From: Marsupella aquatica
Lineage: Eukaryota > Plantae > Marchantiophyta
Reading direction: 5' to 3'
DNA: 64,000 bases
Assembly: GCA_973895155.1 (NCBI GenBank)
Contig: OZ316894.1
Coordinates: 14,996,699-15,060,698, forward strand
Shown: positions 11,685 through 24,100 of the stretch, in pieces
Numbering within the stretch: the first letter of the stretch is position 1
How the letters are laid out: the number at the start of each line of letters is the position of its first letter
Notes under the pieces: generated by a model
What the model saw: the letters and a program-made list of their open reading frames with translations, nothing else
Database searches by the model: none
What the model was told of the DNA's origin: nothing
Made by a program: the position numbers and the translations under genes

Positions 11685-14544
11685 GGTAATGGTAATGTAT
11701 TATAAGCACCGGGACCATGAAAGTCAAAGGAGCTGCCACAAAAAGTAAAGTACAATGCAATCAAAGAAAAGAGCAACCAAAAGAGATTGCCCAGAAGAGG
11801 ACAACTATGTCCTCAAAGAAACTATGGACCTAGAGAGCCCTATGGACCTAGAGAGCCCTGAAAGATTTTCCAACCTATTCTCCTTTCCCTATCCACCGCA
11901 AAGATATATCTTCCAAGTTGCTGAGGGGGCAGACCAAACAATGCATACAAATCTTTCACCAAGATTTGAGATGCCATCCTAACCCCCTCATAAAACTTGC
12001 AAGCAATGAATACATGATATTCATTCTCTATACTAGAGCTATCACATAGTTGACAAACCCTCTTTTTCCTGTCAATATCCTTCCATCTCCCTTGTTCTAC
12101 TTCAAGGTGGTGTGAGCTTAGTCTATACTGAGCAATAAGTTGTCTAAGTTGTACTGAGATAGTGCTAGATAAGTATTCTTGTTCTCGATATTTCTTCATG
12201 GGGTTCACATCTCTCATGTAGTATTGCTGCCGTGGGCTAGGTTCATGCCAAAGTTTGTGCAAAGCCTTTTGCTCAAGTTTTGCTCTTAGCTTGGTTGGGT
12301 GTGTTGGCCATTCATGTTCAGGAAAATCCCAAGCATGGGCCCACCTGCACACATCTTCATACCACCCTTTAGCTGAAGATGAGCACAAGGCATGAAAAGG
12401 AAATCTGGTTTCCTCCAACTCTCTTACACGCATGATGTATTTGAGTGTGTGGAAGAGTGCCTCCACCTCCAAAGGAAACAAGCCTGCCTCTGCAAGTGTA
12501 AGTGCATATGGGGTTTGTGACTTGATCCCAAGCTCCATCTCAAGAAATAGCTTTTGCAGCCCCTCAATCTGTTGCCACCCAGATTTAGACACACCTGCTC
12601 CCCAAATTGGCGCTCCATAAAGAATGACTGGTTTCACCAAAGCTCCAAAGAGATGTTTCCTTAACCTCCAAGTGTAGAGACCAGCTCTTTTGCATTTGTT
12701 CATGAATGCATAAAAAGCTCTGTACCCATTGGCAGCCCTAGATTTTACACATGAGGCCCAACTCAAGTTTTGAGAGAACTCCACCCCAAGGTATTTGTAG
12801 GTCCTCACAAATTCCACCAGATTCCCTTGGAAGTAGAGCTCTGGATTTTGTCGTGTGCCAATGCCCAAACACTTGGTCTTCTTGAGGTTGACTACCATCC
12901 CTGTTGCTTGACAAAACTCCTCCAAGGCATTGAGATGTCTTTGCAAAGCTTCTTGAGCATGAGCAAGTAGGACCACATCATCTGCAAATATAAGAAGTTG
13001 GAGGACAAACCTACCCAATTGAGTGCCAACTCCACCATGCTCCTCCAAAATGTTGTGTAGCTGATCAATGAAGATGCCAAAGAGAGTTGGTGAGAGAGGA
13101 CAACCTTGGATCACCCCAAGAGTGCTCCAGATTTCTTCAGAGGTTTCCTTTGAAAGTTTGATGCGCACTTCTTGGTACAATTTAGAAACAGCCAACCTGA
13201 GCTCTTCAGGCACTTCCAACTCCACCATCCTATCCCAAAGCTTGGATCGGGAAACTTTGTCAAAGGCCTTGGAGAAGTCCACAAACAAGAAAAATAATGG
13301 TTTATGTGGAGATTTGGCCTTTTCACACAACACCCTCAAGCAGAGAATGTGATCCATAGTGCTGAATTCTCTCCTAAAACCTGCTTGTGAAGGTGCCCTT
13401 TTCATCTCACTCTCCAACCAAGAGCTTAATCTGGCTTCAAGTAGTCCTCCCAAAACTTTAGCAAAAGTATTGCCTACCATGATGGTTCTGTAGTTGTGCA
13501 CACCTGCCTTGAAGATAGGCACCACTCTTCTGGTCATCCAAGCTTTAGGTAAACCTAAAGCCATTGCTTGATTCAGCTCATGCACCAAGTTTGTTAGTAA
13601 AGAGGGTCCTCCCCACAAAAGAAGCTCCAAGTTCAGGCCCAACAGATCTTTAGCTTTCCCATGTTGCATGTGGGAAAGATGCACCTTCACCTCCCTCTCT
13701 GTAAACTGAATGGTGTCCCCAAGGGGCAAAGGCATGCCACTAGCATCTGGAAAGAAATACAAGGATGTGACATAGGTTACCAGGTCCTGGTGATCCAAGG
13801 GGGGAGTAGTCTTGCCTGATTGCATTCTCTCCCAAAAACGTTTTGGATGTTTGATGAACTCCTCACATAGTGATTGTTGATGACTCTTCAAGAAGCACCT
13901 CTTCTTGTGTTTGATGAAGTTCTTGTACATAGTGAATGCCAAAAGTCTCTTTTCCCCTGAATGTGATCTTGCTTGCATCCTTGCTCTAGCACAATCCTCG
14001 TCAAACCAAGCCTTCATGTTTTGCTTTCTAGGGGGTTTGGTGGAGAAAGTAGAGGCTGCTGCTTGTGCTATGACTTCTGAGAGCTCAATCTGATCATCCA
14101 GGGTATGGAGAAGATGGTCAAAGTTGGCTTTGAAGATGACTTCTCTATCAGGGTCTAGAAACAGAGGTTTGGGTACTGGCTTTCTATGCACTTTGTTTGG
14201 GATTGTGGTCAGGTCAAGATGGAACAACGTACAAAGGCAAGTGTGAAGACTCTGGTTGTTGATCAAGTATTTGAAAGTCAACCACTCTAGTGGCAGAGGT
14301 AGGTGAGGCAAGAAGGTAGTCAATGGTACTACATCCTTGTTTAGATCTAAAAGTGTAACCAGATGATTGGGGAAATCTCTCAAGCCCATTCAATATTCTT
14401 AGATTACAAGAAGCTCCCAAATGCAAAAAGTGACGTGTCATGTCATTTGTTCTGGTGTCAAGAGCCTCTCTCACCCAAGGTATCTCTTCACTACATGATG
14501 ACCAAGGTAAAGTTCCTAAGTCCTCACTTTCAGTAAATTGTTCA
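11685..14544 (-). mobile_element. 5'-truncated non-LTR retrotransposon (RTE-X-like LINE), copy 1, inactive
   Basis: Near-identical to 57182-60056. RT motifs QGCPLSP and FADD, C-terminal CQLC..HVFIAC, 3' tail TAATA(CATTAC)2C. Relative to copy 2 it has a 4-bp insertion near 14230, a 12-bp deletion (GNKDDVH>GVH) and a 1-bp deletion near 11872. Confidence 0.95.
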
Positions 14545-15047
14545 ACTTGATGGATCCAAAGGTGTTTCAAAAGGGGTGGATAATGAGTTGCTTTGGAGTG
14601 TGAACTCGGAGAGTTCAATGAAGGACTATCTTTGGGGCGGATGTCCGAATGTGACGGTGAAGTTCGGGAATGTCAAGCAGGCTTCTAACATTTTTGTTCA
14701 TGAGCACTTGTCATTTTTGGTGATACTAGGCATGCCATTCATCACTGAATGGAGGATGGAGATGAAGGTTCTGGATGATACTACCTTTATGGTGAAGATT
14801 CGGAGCAAAGATGGGAAAGAGGTGAAAGTCGTTGGGCAAATGTGCGGATCTTATGGAAGGAAGTTGAACATGGATAAGGTGAGAGCTATTAGCAAGATGA
14901 AAGATTGCGAATCGGTGTCGGAAGTTCGGAGGTTTCTGGGTGCTTGTGTCTTTTACAAGATCTGGATCCCTCACTTCTTGCACCTGGCGGACCCGCTCTA
15001 TGAGCTATTGAGGAAAAAGGTTAAGTGGAGATGGCTACCCAAGCATA

Positions 15048-15077
15048 GTAATGGTAATGGTAATGGTAATGGTAATG
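15048..15077. repeat. (GTAATG)5 hexamer run in the gypsy RT, identical to the LINE tail unit
   Basis: Reverse complement of (CATTAC)n; reads SNGNGNGNGNE in frame. Confidence 0.85.
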
Positions 15078-15789
15078 AAGCAATGGCTAAGCTTAAGAGC
15101 GCTCTCATGAGCCCGCCAGTTCTCCGAGCTGCGGACTATGAGAGCGGGCGACCACTGATCATGACTGTTGATGCGAGTCCATTTGCAGCCAGGTGGGCTC
15201 TTGGGCAAGATGACAAGAATGGGGAAAGGTATGCGATCAGATTTGGGGCAAAAAAAATTACGGAAAGGCAAAGGTGATATGCCCAAGTTAAGAGGGACCT
15301 TTGGGGTGCCAAAGTGCCACTCCATAGGAGAGGAACTATTTGATTGGGGTGCCGGTGGTGGTTGAGACTGATTGTCAATCGCTGTTGGGGATGATTGCAA
15401 ATTGTGACACGCCCGACATAGCGATGCTCAGGTGGATCGATTTCATTCAGATGTTCAACCCTTAGCTAAGTCACATTGCGGGAAAGGATAATCCGGTTGC
15501 CGACATGCTGTCAAGGGCAAGATTTGGAAATGAGGTAGCAACGAGAGTTGGCGAGGTGACCGGAACCGAAAGTGTTGGAAGTCTAGAGTTCAAGGAAGAA
15601 ATCTACTCGGGAGAGTTGCTGGATATCGGGCGTTACATTAGCACTTTGGAGAAGCAACCAGAGTGGAGTTACCAGGAGTTCGTCAAGATCCGGAAGAGAT
15701 CTTACAAGTTCCTATTGAGGGAGGACTACTTGTGGCGAAGGCATAAGGACCCAAGTCAGTTGTTGCAGAGGGTTGTGGATACTAAGGAT

Positions 15790-15978
15790 TGTTAGAATAT
15801 ATTTAACCCTTAGTCCATATGATGATACAAAGAGGTATGCAATACCTAGATATAAAGAGACACAAGACTAGGAGAGGGTAGTTACAACTACCCCAATGTA
15901 CAATATAAGATAAGCCACATTGGCTTAAGAGAAATTCAATCATCTTTTGTTGGTGTATGTATATTTCATAGTTTAACA
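15790..15978. mobile_element. 189-bp solo LTR
   Basis: TGTTA...TAACA ends, with TSD AGGAT at 15785-15789 and 15979-15983. Interrupts the gypsy pol. Confidence 0.9.
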
Positions 15979-17850
15979 AGGATGAGAAAGACCAAATTCT
16001 CAAAGAGAGCCATGATGCTGACATGGCTGGGCACAAAGGGGTGCATTCGACTTACGAGAGGGTTCGGAAGCTGTACTGGTGGCCAGGTTTATACTTGGCC
16101 GTTGGAGACTATGTCGAGACTTGCGAGATTTGCCAGTTTTACTCGAGGATCCGACATAGGGATGGATTGGTTCCGACTTACCCCGTGGCTCTACACTTTC
16201 AATGGGCTGTTGATGTGGTGTACATGCCAAGAGAGAGCAATGGGGCAAGATACTTGGTTTTGCCAGAGAAGACTTGTCTTCTTATGTGGAAGGGAGAGCG
16301 TTGGTTTCGAACACTACTGCTGCCGTTTGCCAGTTCGTACTTGAGGATATCATTGCAAGGCATCGGTGATTTACAAGGATCAGAGCTGATAGGGGGGAGC
16401 TCAGCTCCAAGGAAGTGCAAGAGTTTTTTGACCAATACCGCATCAAACTGAAGCTGACTTCGTGTTACAATCCGGAAGGCAATGGGAAATCTGAAAGGGG
16501 GCACATCCAGATTGTGGGCGCTTTGGCTAAGGCTTGTGATGGGGACTTGGGCAGGTGGTCGAGTCTCCTTCCACTTGCTCTGTTAGCGGATCGAATGACT
16601 TGTAGCTCAGTGACCGGATATGTTTTGGCTGAGCTACTTACTGGGCACTTGCCGATGATGCCACTCGAGGAAGATGTTTGCAGCTGGCGATTGATTGGAT
16701 GGAAAGATGAAGTTTTGAGAGAGGAGTTGCTGGCTCGAAGGATCAAACACTTCAACTTGTTACCCGCAAAGATTGAGGTGGCTCAGAAGCAATTGAAGAT
16801 GGCGAGGTTAAGGAACAAGGGCAGGTTTGACAGGACTCATCGGTTGAGGCCTGTCTTGGTTAAGGAAGGGGATTGGGTTTTGGTTTACGAAAGTAAGTTG
16901 GACGAGCAACACTTGAGCCGAAACAAGTTTGCTCGAAGGTGGCAAGGTCCGTATGTGGTGGTTGCTGTTCATGCGAATGCAACCTATACTATGTGGGAGT
17001 TGGATGGAACAGTTCACCAAGTACCACTAGTAGAAACCGGGGGGTATTTAGACCCCATTAAACGACTATTCAGTACCGTATAGGACTTGGAAACGACTGG
17101 GAAGGACTCTAGTCCTTTATAGGACTGCGAGTCGTATGTTTTGTTACTATAATCAACTGAGTCCTTTATAGAACTGGTTTATAAGTCGTTTAATAGACTG
17201 GATTTTCAGTCTATTTTAGTCTTTGTGTGGGTAGCTTTGGTGAGTCGTTTTTAGTCTTTTATGGGCTGCGATGATGAGTCGTTGGGAACGACTAAAAAGG
17301 TTATGGAGGGTAGTCTTTAAATATACTTTGTGGGGTATGTATAAGTCTTTTATGTCAACTGGATATGAGTGATGAAGACCCCACTATACTACTTGGAATG
17401 AACCCACTCTTGTGCACAAATAACATATTGCATTCATGTTTTATTGTGTACTTGGAATGAACTCACTCTATAAGTTCACCATTCATCATGTTAACATTAG
17501 AATACATAGTTTCAGAAAGCCATCTTCTATACCATGTACACTAATATGAATTCACAGATTCAAACTTCATAGACTACAAAGAAGGTCACAAAGTATTCCT
17601 CTATACCATACACACTAATACTGAAATGATAAAATAGATTCAAGTATCATAGACAATCACCATAGAGCCATAGTTTGACATCAATCACTTGTTTCATACA
17701 TACAGAATTCAGAAATATCAATGTCACACACAACGTCTCCTTCATCCTCTTTACCAAATGGAAAAATTGGTACAGATATTTCTTGGATCTTTCCAAGGCA
17801 ATGTCAAAATGTGACACAATTCACATGATGCTATCTACACTTGCATTCAG

Positions 17851-20800
17851 TCACTGCAGACTAACACACTCTGATGGCCAGAGCACAAGAGATCCTACTG
17901 CATCTGCAATTATTTCCTGAGGTGGATCATCGTCTCTATTCGGAAATGGCAAATTACAATCAGATACAATCACTGTAGTCAACAACACTACTACATGGTC
18001 ATCCGGGACCACTTTGCCATGGAATTTTGCATGATCTGGTCGCAAAATGCCTGTACCCACACATACCTGCGAGTCATCCTCCCATGATAGAAGATTATGG
18101 ACTGGCTCTGCTGTGGCTATCACCTCCACCTTACCCTGGCTGTTTTTCTTGGCTTTCCTGGGTGGCTTATACATGACATTATTCATACCTTGGTTGCGAG
18201 TCATGACTTTGGCACGAGTGTTTTGTGCTGGTGATCGAGAATTGGCTACACTCTTCTTCAAAGAATCTGCATCCATATTTGACACTTCTGATTGTGTAGC
18301 AGGATTTCCCTGTGACATCATCTCAGTATCTGCCAACATTGTACTTGCTTCAATTGAAGCATCTACAATCTTACTTGCATCCAATGTTGCTCCCAAGTTT
18401 CGACGTCGCTTCACCCTACTCCCACTTGGTTGAGAGTCTGTCAACTCTGCATCAACTACAATTCAGTGTCATGTCCAACATAAGTCAATCACTCATCACA
18501 TGTGCTAAATGTACATGTCACCAACCACAAAGTTGTCACTATCTCCTTACCATTATGAACAGCCTTCTTCCCCTTCTTTGCCATTGCCATATGCTCCATG
18601 TCTGCTTCTGTTGATCAATAAACACACCACAATATTCAGGTTGAATCTATTAACCACTGAATTGTTGCTCAACATTCATATAGAGGAATTTAAAGCATCA
18701 GCTTACCTGATACCTCCTTGGCTATGGTCACTGAGGCACTGGGCACATCTTCTTCATTATTGCTCTTTGAATCACCTGATACATCAATCATGATGTCACT
18801 TCAGATCCCAGTTCATCCAACCAGTTCTTACAGAAAAGATTACCTCCAACCGGCTTAAGCTTCACAAAACTCCATGCACTTTTCAAATGTAATGTATTGG
18901 ATCATAGCAGGTTACCTGTCTCAGCAACCTTCTTGCCCTTCTGCTTACTGATTATAGGGTCCTTCTCTGCCTCCACTCTTCCTGCATTCAAACCATTCAC
19001 TCAATTCATGAAAACTTACTTCTAACATTTGAACATAGGACACAATGAACAATGGGCCGGTGTCATTTCCATACCTGTGTCAGATTTGCCAATTCCCTTT
19101 TTTGTTAACAAGGGCACACTTTGTACAATGTTGCCCTCATTGTTTGGTTGGGAACCACCCAATTTTTCAATCACAAGCTTGAAATTAGATTCCACTGATG
19201 CAAGAAGGTTCGCTACAGATGCCTCCACAATATCCAAACGATCAGCCAATTTACTTTTCACTCGAGGGAGTCCACACTCTAATGACTTCAACCGTTCACA
19301 CATCTTTGTGAGAGTTGTAACAGTTCCCTGTCATAACACAGCTTACATATCTCAGATAACTGTCCCCAAGAACTGGTTGCTTACTTGCTACTACATTTCT
19401 TTCTGATGCTCAAGGCCAAATAGTCACAGAACATACAGAATTACAACATAATCACCTGTTTGGAAGTTACACTTGTCACCTCACTCCTTTGTTTCATGAA
19501 CTCCTCTCTCACTTCTTGTGCTGATGGTTCTTCACCTGTCAATTTCTTCTGCAGTCCACATCAACATACATATGAATGAAACCAAGTGTTGATTGTCAAT
19601 GAAAATGTAATAATGGTAGCAAGATGATAAGTTTGAGGCTTACTATCAGGCATGTCACTGCCTTACCAATTGTTCTTTCACTGGAGCATAACTTCCTCTC
19701 CCAGCCTGTGAAAGGTGTTTCACTTTGCCTCGAGCATTTGACATCAGTTCACTCTTGCTCTGTCCAGCCTCCGACATGAACCCTTTGATTAACCGTGTCC
19801 ATTGATCCAGTTCCAATGATGGGGGTGGTGGCATTCTCCTGTTAGAACCATTGTCTATCCACATCCTTTTCAACCTATGCCTCTCTTGTTTCAAAATCCT
19901 CATTGCATAATCTGATATGCAATCTTCAACTGGGCCCTTACCATCATTACCAACATACTCCCACCGTTCAAGAATGTCCTTGCAGATAGCAGCCCAATCA
20001 GCTTTGTTCTGACTCCTAAACTCTGTAATGCTCAAATCTAACCAACGCAATACTTCTCCTCTTAGGTCAGAATGCCAACGGTTCTTACCATCACATGTGG
20101 GAGTTATCCAACCTTCGGAATTCACTTCTACTTTACCAAATTTGTTACTGTCTCCTGCCTTGGTACTCCCTGAAGCGCTACTAGGTGTCCCTCCACGGCC
20201 TGGTGTCCCCCCACGGCCTGATCTCCCCCCACGGCCTGGATTGCATTGTCCAAACCTCCCTGGAGTCCCTGCACATTTACAGGATCCATTTACAGTCACT
20301 TACATTAGGTAAGTATGAATCATAAATCCCGCTGCCAAATATACAGTGGACTTCAGAGCAATTCTGCAATGACCAAGTTACCTCTCCCTTGGCGCATAGA
20401 TGGTTCTGGACCACCTGTCCTATTGCTTTGTCTTGATGAATTAGGGGCGTTTCTCCTGCCTGTGAATGATTGCCTCCTATCTGAACGTGGATGGCCTTTG
20501 TTGTTTTCGTGATTGTCCCAATCAGAGTCTGCATACCAACAGGTACATGCCACACTCATGGACCTGTAAGATAAACTCTTTGCCCTAGCTACACATCAGA
20601 TAAGTGCATATTGAGCTAAATCTCTACTATCATCACAAAATCACTAGCACAAGGCACTTACTTGTCCAATCATCCTCCTCACCTTTCCATTGCCCTCTGT
20701 ACCCGTCTCTACCACGCTCTGGGTGTTCATATTCATCCCATCCATCTTCTGCTCCATCATAGTCATCATCATAATTATCAGGCGTCCCTTGCCAATAACT

Positions 20801-21004
20801 CTGGCTCCTTCTAGGGTATGGATTATGTGATTTCTCTCTAGCTGCCCACCTACCTGGGACTTGATGAGGGCCCTGTGCATCTTGCATAGGTGCATTTTTC
20901 TGTGAGCCCCCTGCATCTGGGTCTCCATCCATATCCAATCTTTCCTCTTCACCCCACTCTCCAAGCCCCATGTCTGTCTCCATGTCATCACCCTCTTCCC
21001 CCAT
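17851..21004 (-). CDS. CACTA TnpA/ORF2-like multi-exon gene
   Basis: Exon-like ORFs 20633-21004, 20353-20559, 19655-20299 (QWTRLIKGFMSEAGQSKSELMSNARGKVKHLSQAGRGSY, Transposase_24-like), 19022-19303 and 17851-18444 (KFHGKVVPDDHVVV..LPFP..AVGSLVLWP, typical En/Spm C-terminus). Exact exon limits uncertain. Confidence 0.75.
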
Positions 21005-21181
21005 AGCTTCTGCACAGCACCCACAACCAAACAGGGAGAATCAGCACACTAAATTCAAAGTATCAATCAATTTCATGCATATCCAACTATCCTAAACATC
21101 ATTCCAGGTAGCAATTCCCGTTATGTGACTCTGTGCAGGTAGTCATCCTCAACCTCATACTTGCCAATCGCCAGCTGTTGC

Positions 21182-24100
21182 CTATTGCAAATCATCAACC
21201 TCATCATATTCCATTTGCCCAGGTTCATCATATGTCTCTCTCAATGTTAAGGGGATGTAGTCAGTCCCTGCCCGAGTTGGAAGTACAGTCTCATGACTAG
21301 GATGCTCGAATGCAGCATGGTCATCCAAACTGAACTCTACTTTACTTCCATCCATCCGCCTGTTCCGTGCTTGGCTATGGCATACCACCCTCCAGCCATG
21401 TGACTCCTCCACATCTGCAAAGAAAGCCTGTTCAACTTGGCTAGGGAAAACAAAAGGCTCAGACCATTCTGGTACTCTGGACCTAAAATTGGCCAACAAG
21501 AACCCATCATGATCACGCTTCATGGTGGCCCTTGGTCTCTGCCACTCTGATTTCACCCATGATCCCTTCATCAATATCACTGGGACACTTGTGTTACCAT
21601 AATTCAACACCCAAATGTCGGTCAACTCCCCCACGTAACCCATCTTCATCCACCCCCTCTGTTCTTCAGAGGTTCTCTGCTCAAACACAGAAATCAAACC
21701 ACAATCATATGATACACAATGGTCACCCTGCTCATCCCTCACTCGATAATGATTTCCATAAGCTCTCATCCGTTTGTAGGTCAGAATAGACAATCGTGGT
21801 GGCACAGATAGAAGATACAAATCCTTCTCCATATCTGGGTGATGTCTACTATGCTCTCGAATTGTCACCCGAATCCACTGCTCGAACTGTGGGAAGGGAT
21901 CCTGCTGCCCAGAGTGTGCAGCTTTTTGCATATCATATTCCCTGCATTATGAGGTACAGGCATAGTTAGGTCTAAACAACACATGACAACCTAAGATCAC
22001 CCTTGGAACAGACAAGAAGCATCACAACAAAGGCAAGTCAATTCAATCACTCACCTCCACCATGGTTGCATAGGCTCTGTGTTTGCCAGCACATATGAAT
22101 GAGCCTTGTCTCGAATCGCAACAGGCAGCTGAACAGCACGTCCCACACCTTCAACAACCTCGCCACTCACTCCATCATCTTCACCAGATTTCCAAACTCT
22201 TGTCATAGCTTCACCAGACCCAGCCATGTACTCTGTTAGGAATCCCAACGTCTCATCCTTAATGTACCCCAATGCCATGGAAGCCTCTGGCCTGTAGTAT
22301 GTTCTCACATGACCTTTCAACAACTTCATGTATCGCTCCATAGGGTACATCCATCCGGTACTGACTGGCCCATACTGCCCTAGCTCTTCTACCACATGGA
22401 TTAGGAGATGAGTCATAACATCAAAGAAAGCAGTGGGGAAGTATATCTCCAAGTCACAGAGGACATAAGCAGCATCCTGCTTCAACTGCTCCAATCCTTG
22501 GGGATCCCACACTTTCACACATATACGGCGAAATACATTGCACAGTCGAAGAATGACATTACGGACTGGTTTCTGCATGAGACCTCTAAGGCATAGGGGC
22601 AGAATGTGCTGCATCAACACATGGTAGTCATGTGTTTTCATACTGCCAAGTTTATTCTTTGTAATATGCTTCTTGAAGGCACCAGCATAGCCAGAGGGCA
22701 CTTTCAGACAGCTCAATCTATACAAGAATGTCTTCCATTCATCCTGTGTGCACACATAGGGAGCTTGGAACTTGAGAAGTACATTGGGATTGCTTGCATG
22801 GGGCTTCAACCAAAGGTGAGGGCGAATCCCCTTCTGTTGCATATCAGCTCGAACTGCTCCTGTATCTTTCTCACCCGACAAGAACTTCAGCAAGCTCTCA
22901 CAAATATTTTTCTCAATGTGCATGACGTCCACATTGTGTTTGCTGGGCTCGAATTCCTGCACTCCACAAAGCAAAGAATTCAACAACAGAAACACTAATT
23001 AACCACATAGGAGGATTGTAACCAACATCAATCCACCATTGCTCCAATCTAAAATTGCAATCATACAGGGGCTGGAGGCTAAGTACATTACCCTCCAGTA
23101 CTCCAACTCCAAGTCCATCAAGGTCTGTCTTTTCACACCGTGTTTCACCACTGGATCCTCAGGTTCTCGATCAGTGGCACTTCTCTTGTCCCAATCAGCC
23201 TTCCTGGCTGCCCACCTCAGGACTTGCTCTCTGGTGACCCTCTGTGGTGGGCCATGAAGCTCTGTTTTGTTGTTGAAGTGTGCAATTTGAGACCGTGTGT
23301 GCCTGTAAGGATGATCAACAGGCAGATACCTTCTATGCCCCTGAAATTTCATACTGTGCAGGGCATGCGACCACTCACTTGTCACATTTTTCCCACATGG
23401 TGTGCACCCCACATAGCCCTTTGTCACTCGTCCAGATATGATGCCATGGCCTGGGTAATCTGCTATATCCAGCAAACAAATTGCATGCAGTCTAAAGGGG
23501 CTGGGTCGAAGAAGCCCCTTCAGAACATCATGGGTTAACACCCCTTCTATCCACAAAGTCTTCCACTCTTCCACTGCTGGAGCCAACATGATATCTATGA
23601 ATTGCTCGGTCACAGAAGCTGGTCCAGGGATTAACAGCACCATCATGACAAAAAACCTCTTTGTAGTCATCCATGGGGGAAGGTTGTAATTTAGCAGCGT
23701 AACCGGCCAACATGAATAACGGTTGTTTTTGTCTCCAAATGGGTTTACTCCATCCAGTGATAGACCAAATCGAAAGTTCCGCTTCTCTGCAGCAAACTGT
23801 GGCCACCTCTCATCAACAAATTTCCAATGGTTGGAATCTCCAATGTGACGCTGCAGGCCATCACTGCTCTTGTTATCAGGAGTCCATGTCATCAGCTTGG
23901 AAATGGCAGGGCATCTAAACAGACGTTGTAGTCTAGGAATGAGAGGAAAATGACGAAGAACCTTGGCAGGGTGTGTACATTTCCCTACATTCTTGTACCT
24001 GTGCTTACCACAATGAGGGCATGTCAATTTATCTGCATGCTCTTTGCGAAAGAGAACACACCCATCAGGGCATGCGTCAATAGACACATAGTTCAGCCCA

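Larger units (their letters stand above)
14545..17024 (+). pseudogene. Ty3/gypsy pol relic (protease C-term, RT tail, RNase H, integrase) with the RT core deleted
   Basis: VILGMPF (protease) runs directly into MDKVRAI..EVRRFLG (RT end). Also VDASPFA..YAIRFG (RH), GHKGVHSTY..YWWPG..CEICQ (HHCC), YNPEGNGKSER and WQGPY. Cut by the CACTA TIR at 17025. Confidence 0.9.

Noticed and set aside
11840-14389. 849-aa ORF as a complete protein
   Set aside because: Its first ~54 aa are an out-of-frame product of a 4-bp insertion in a truncated LINE ORF2.
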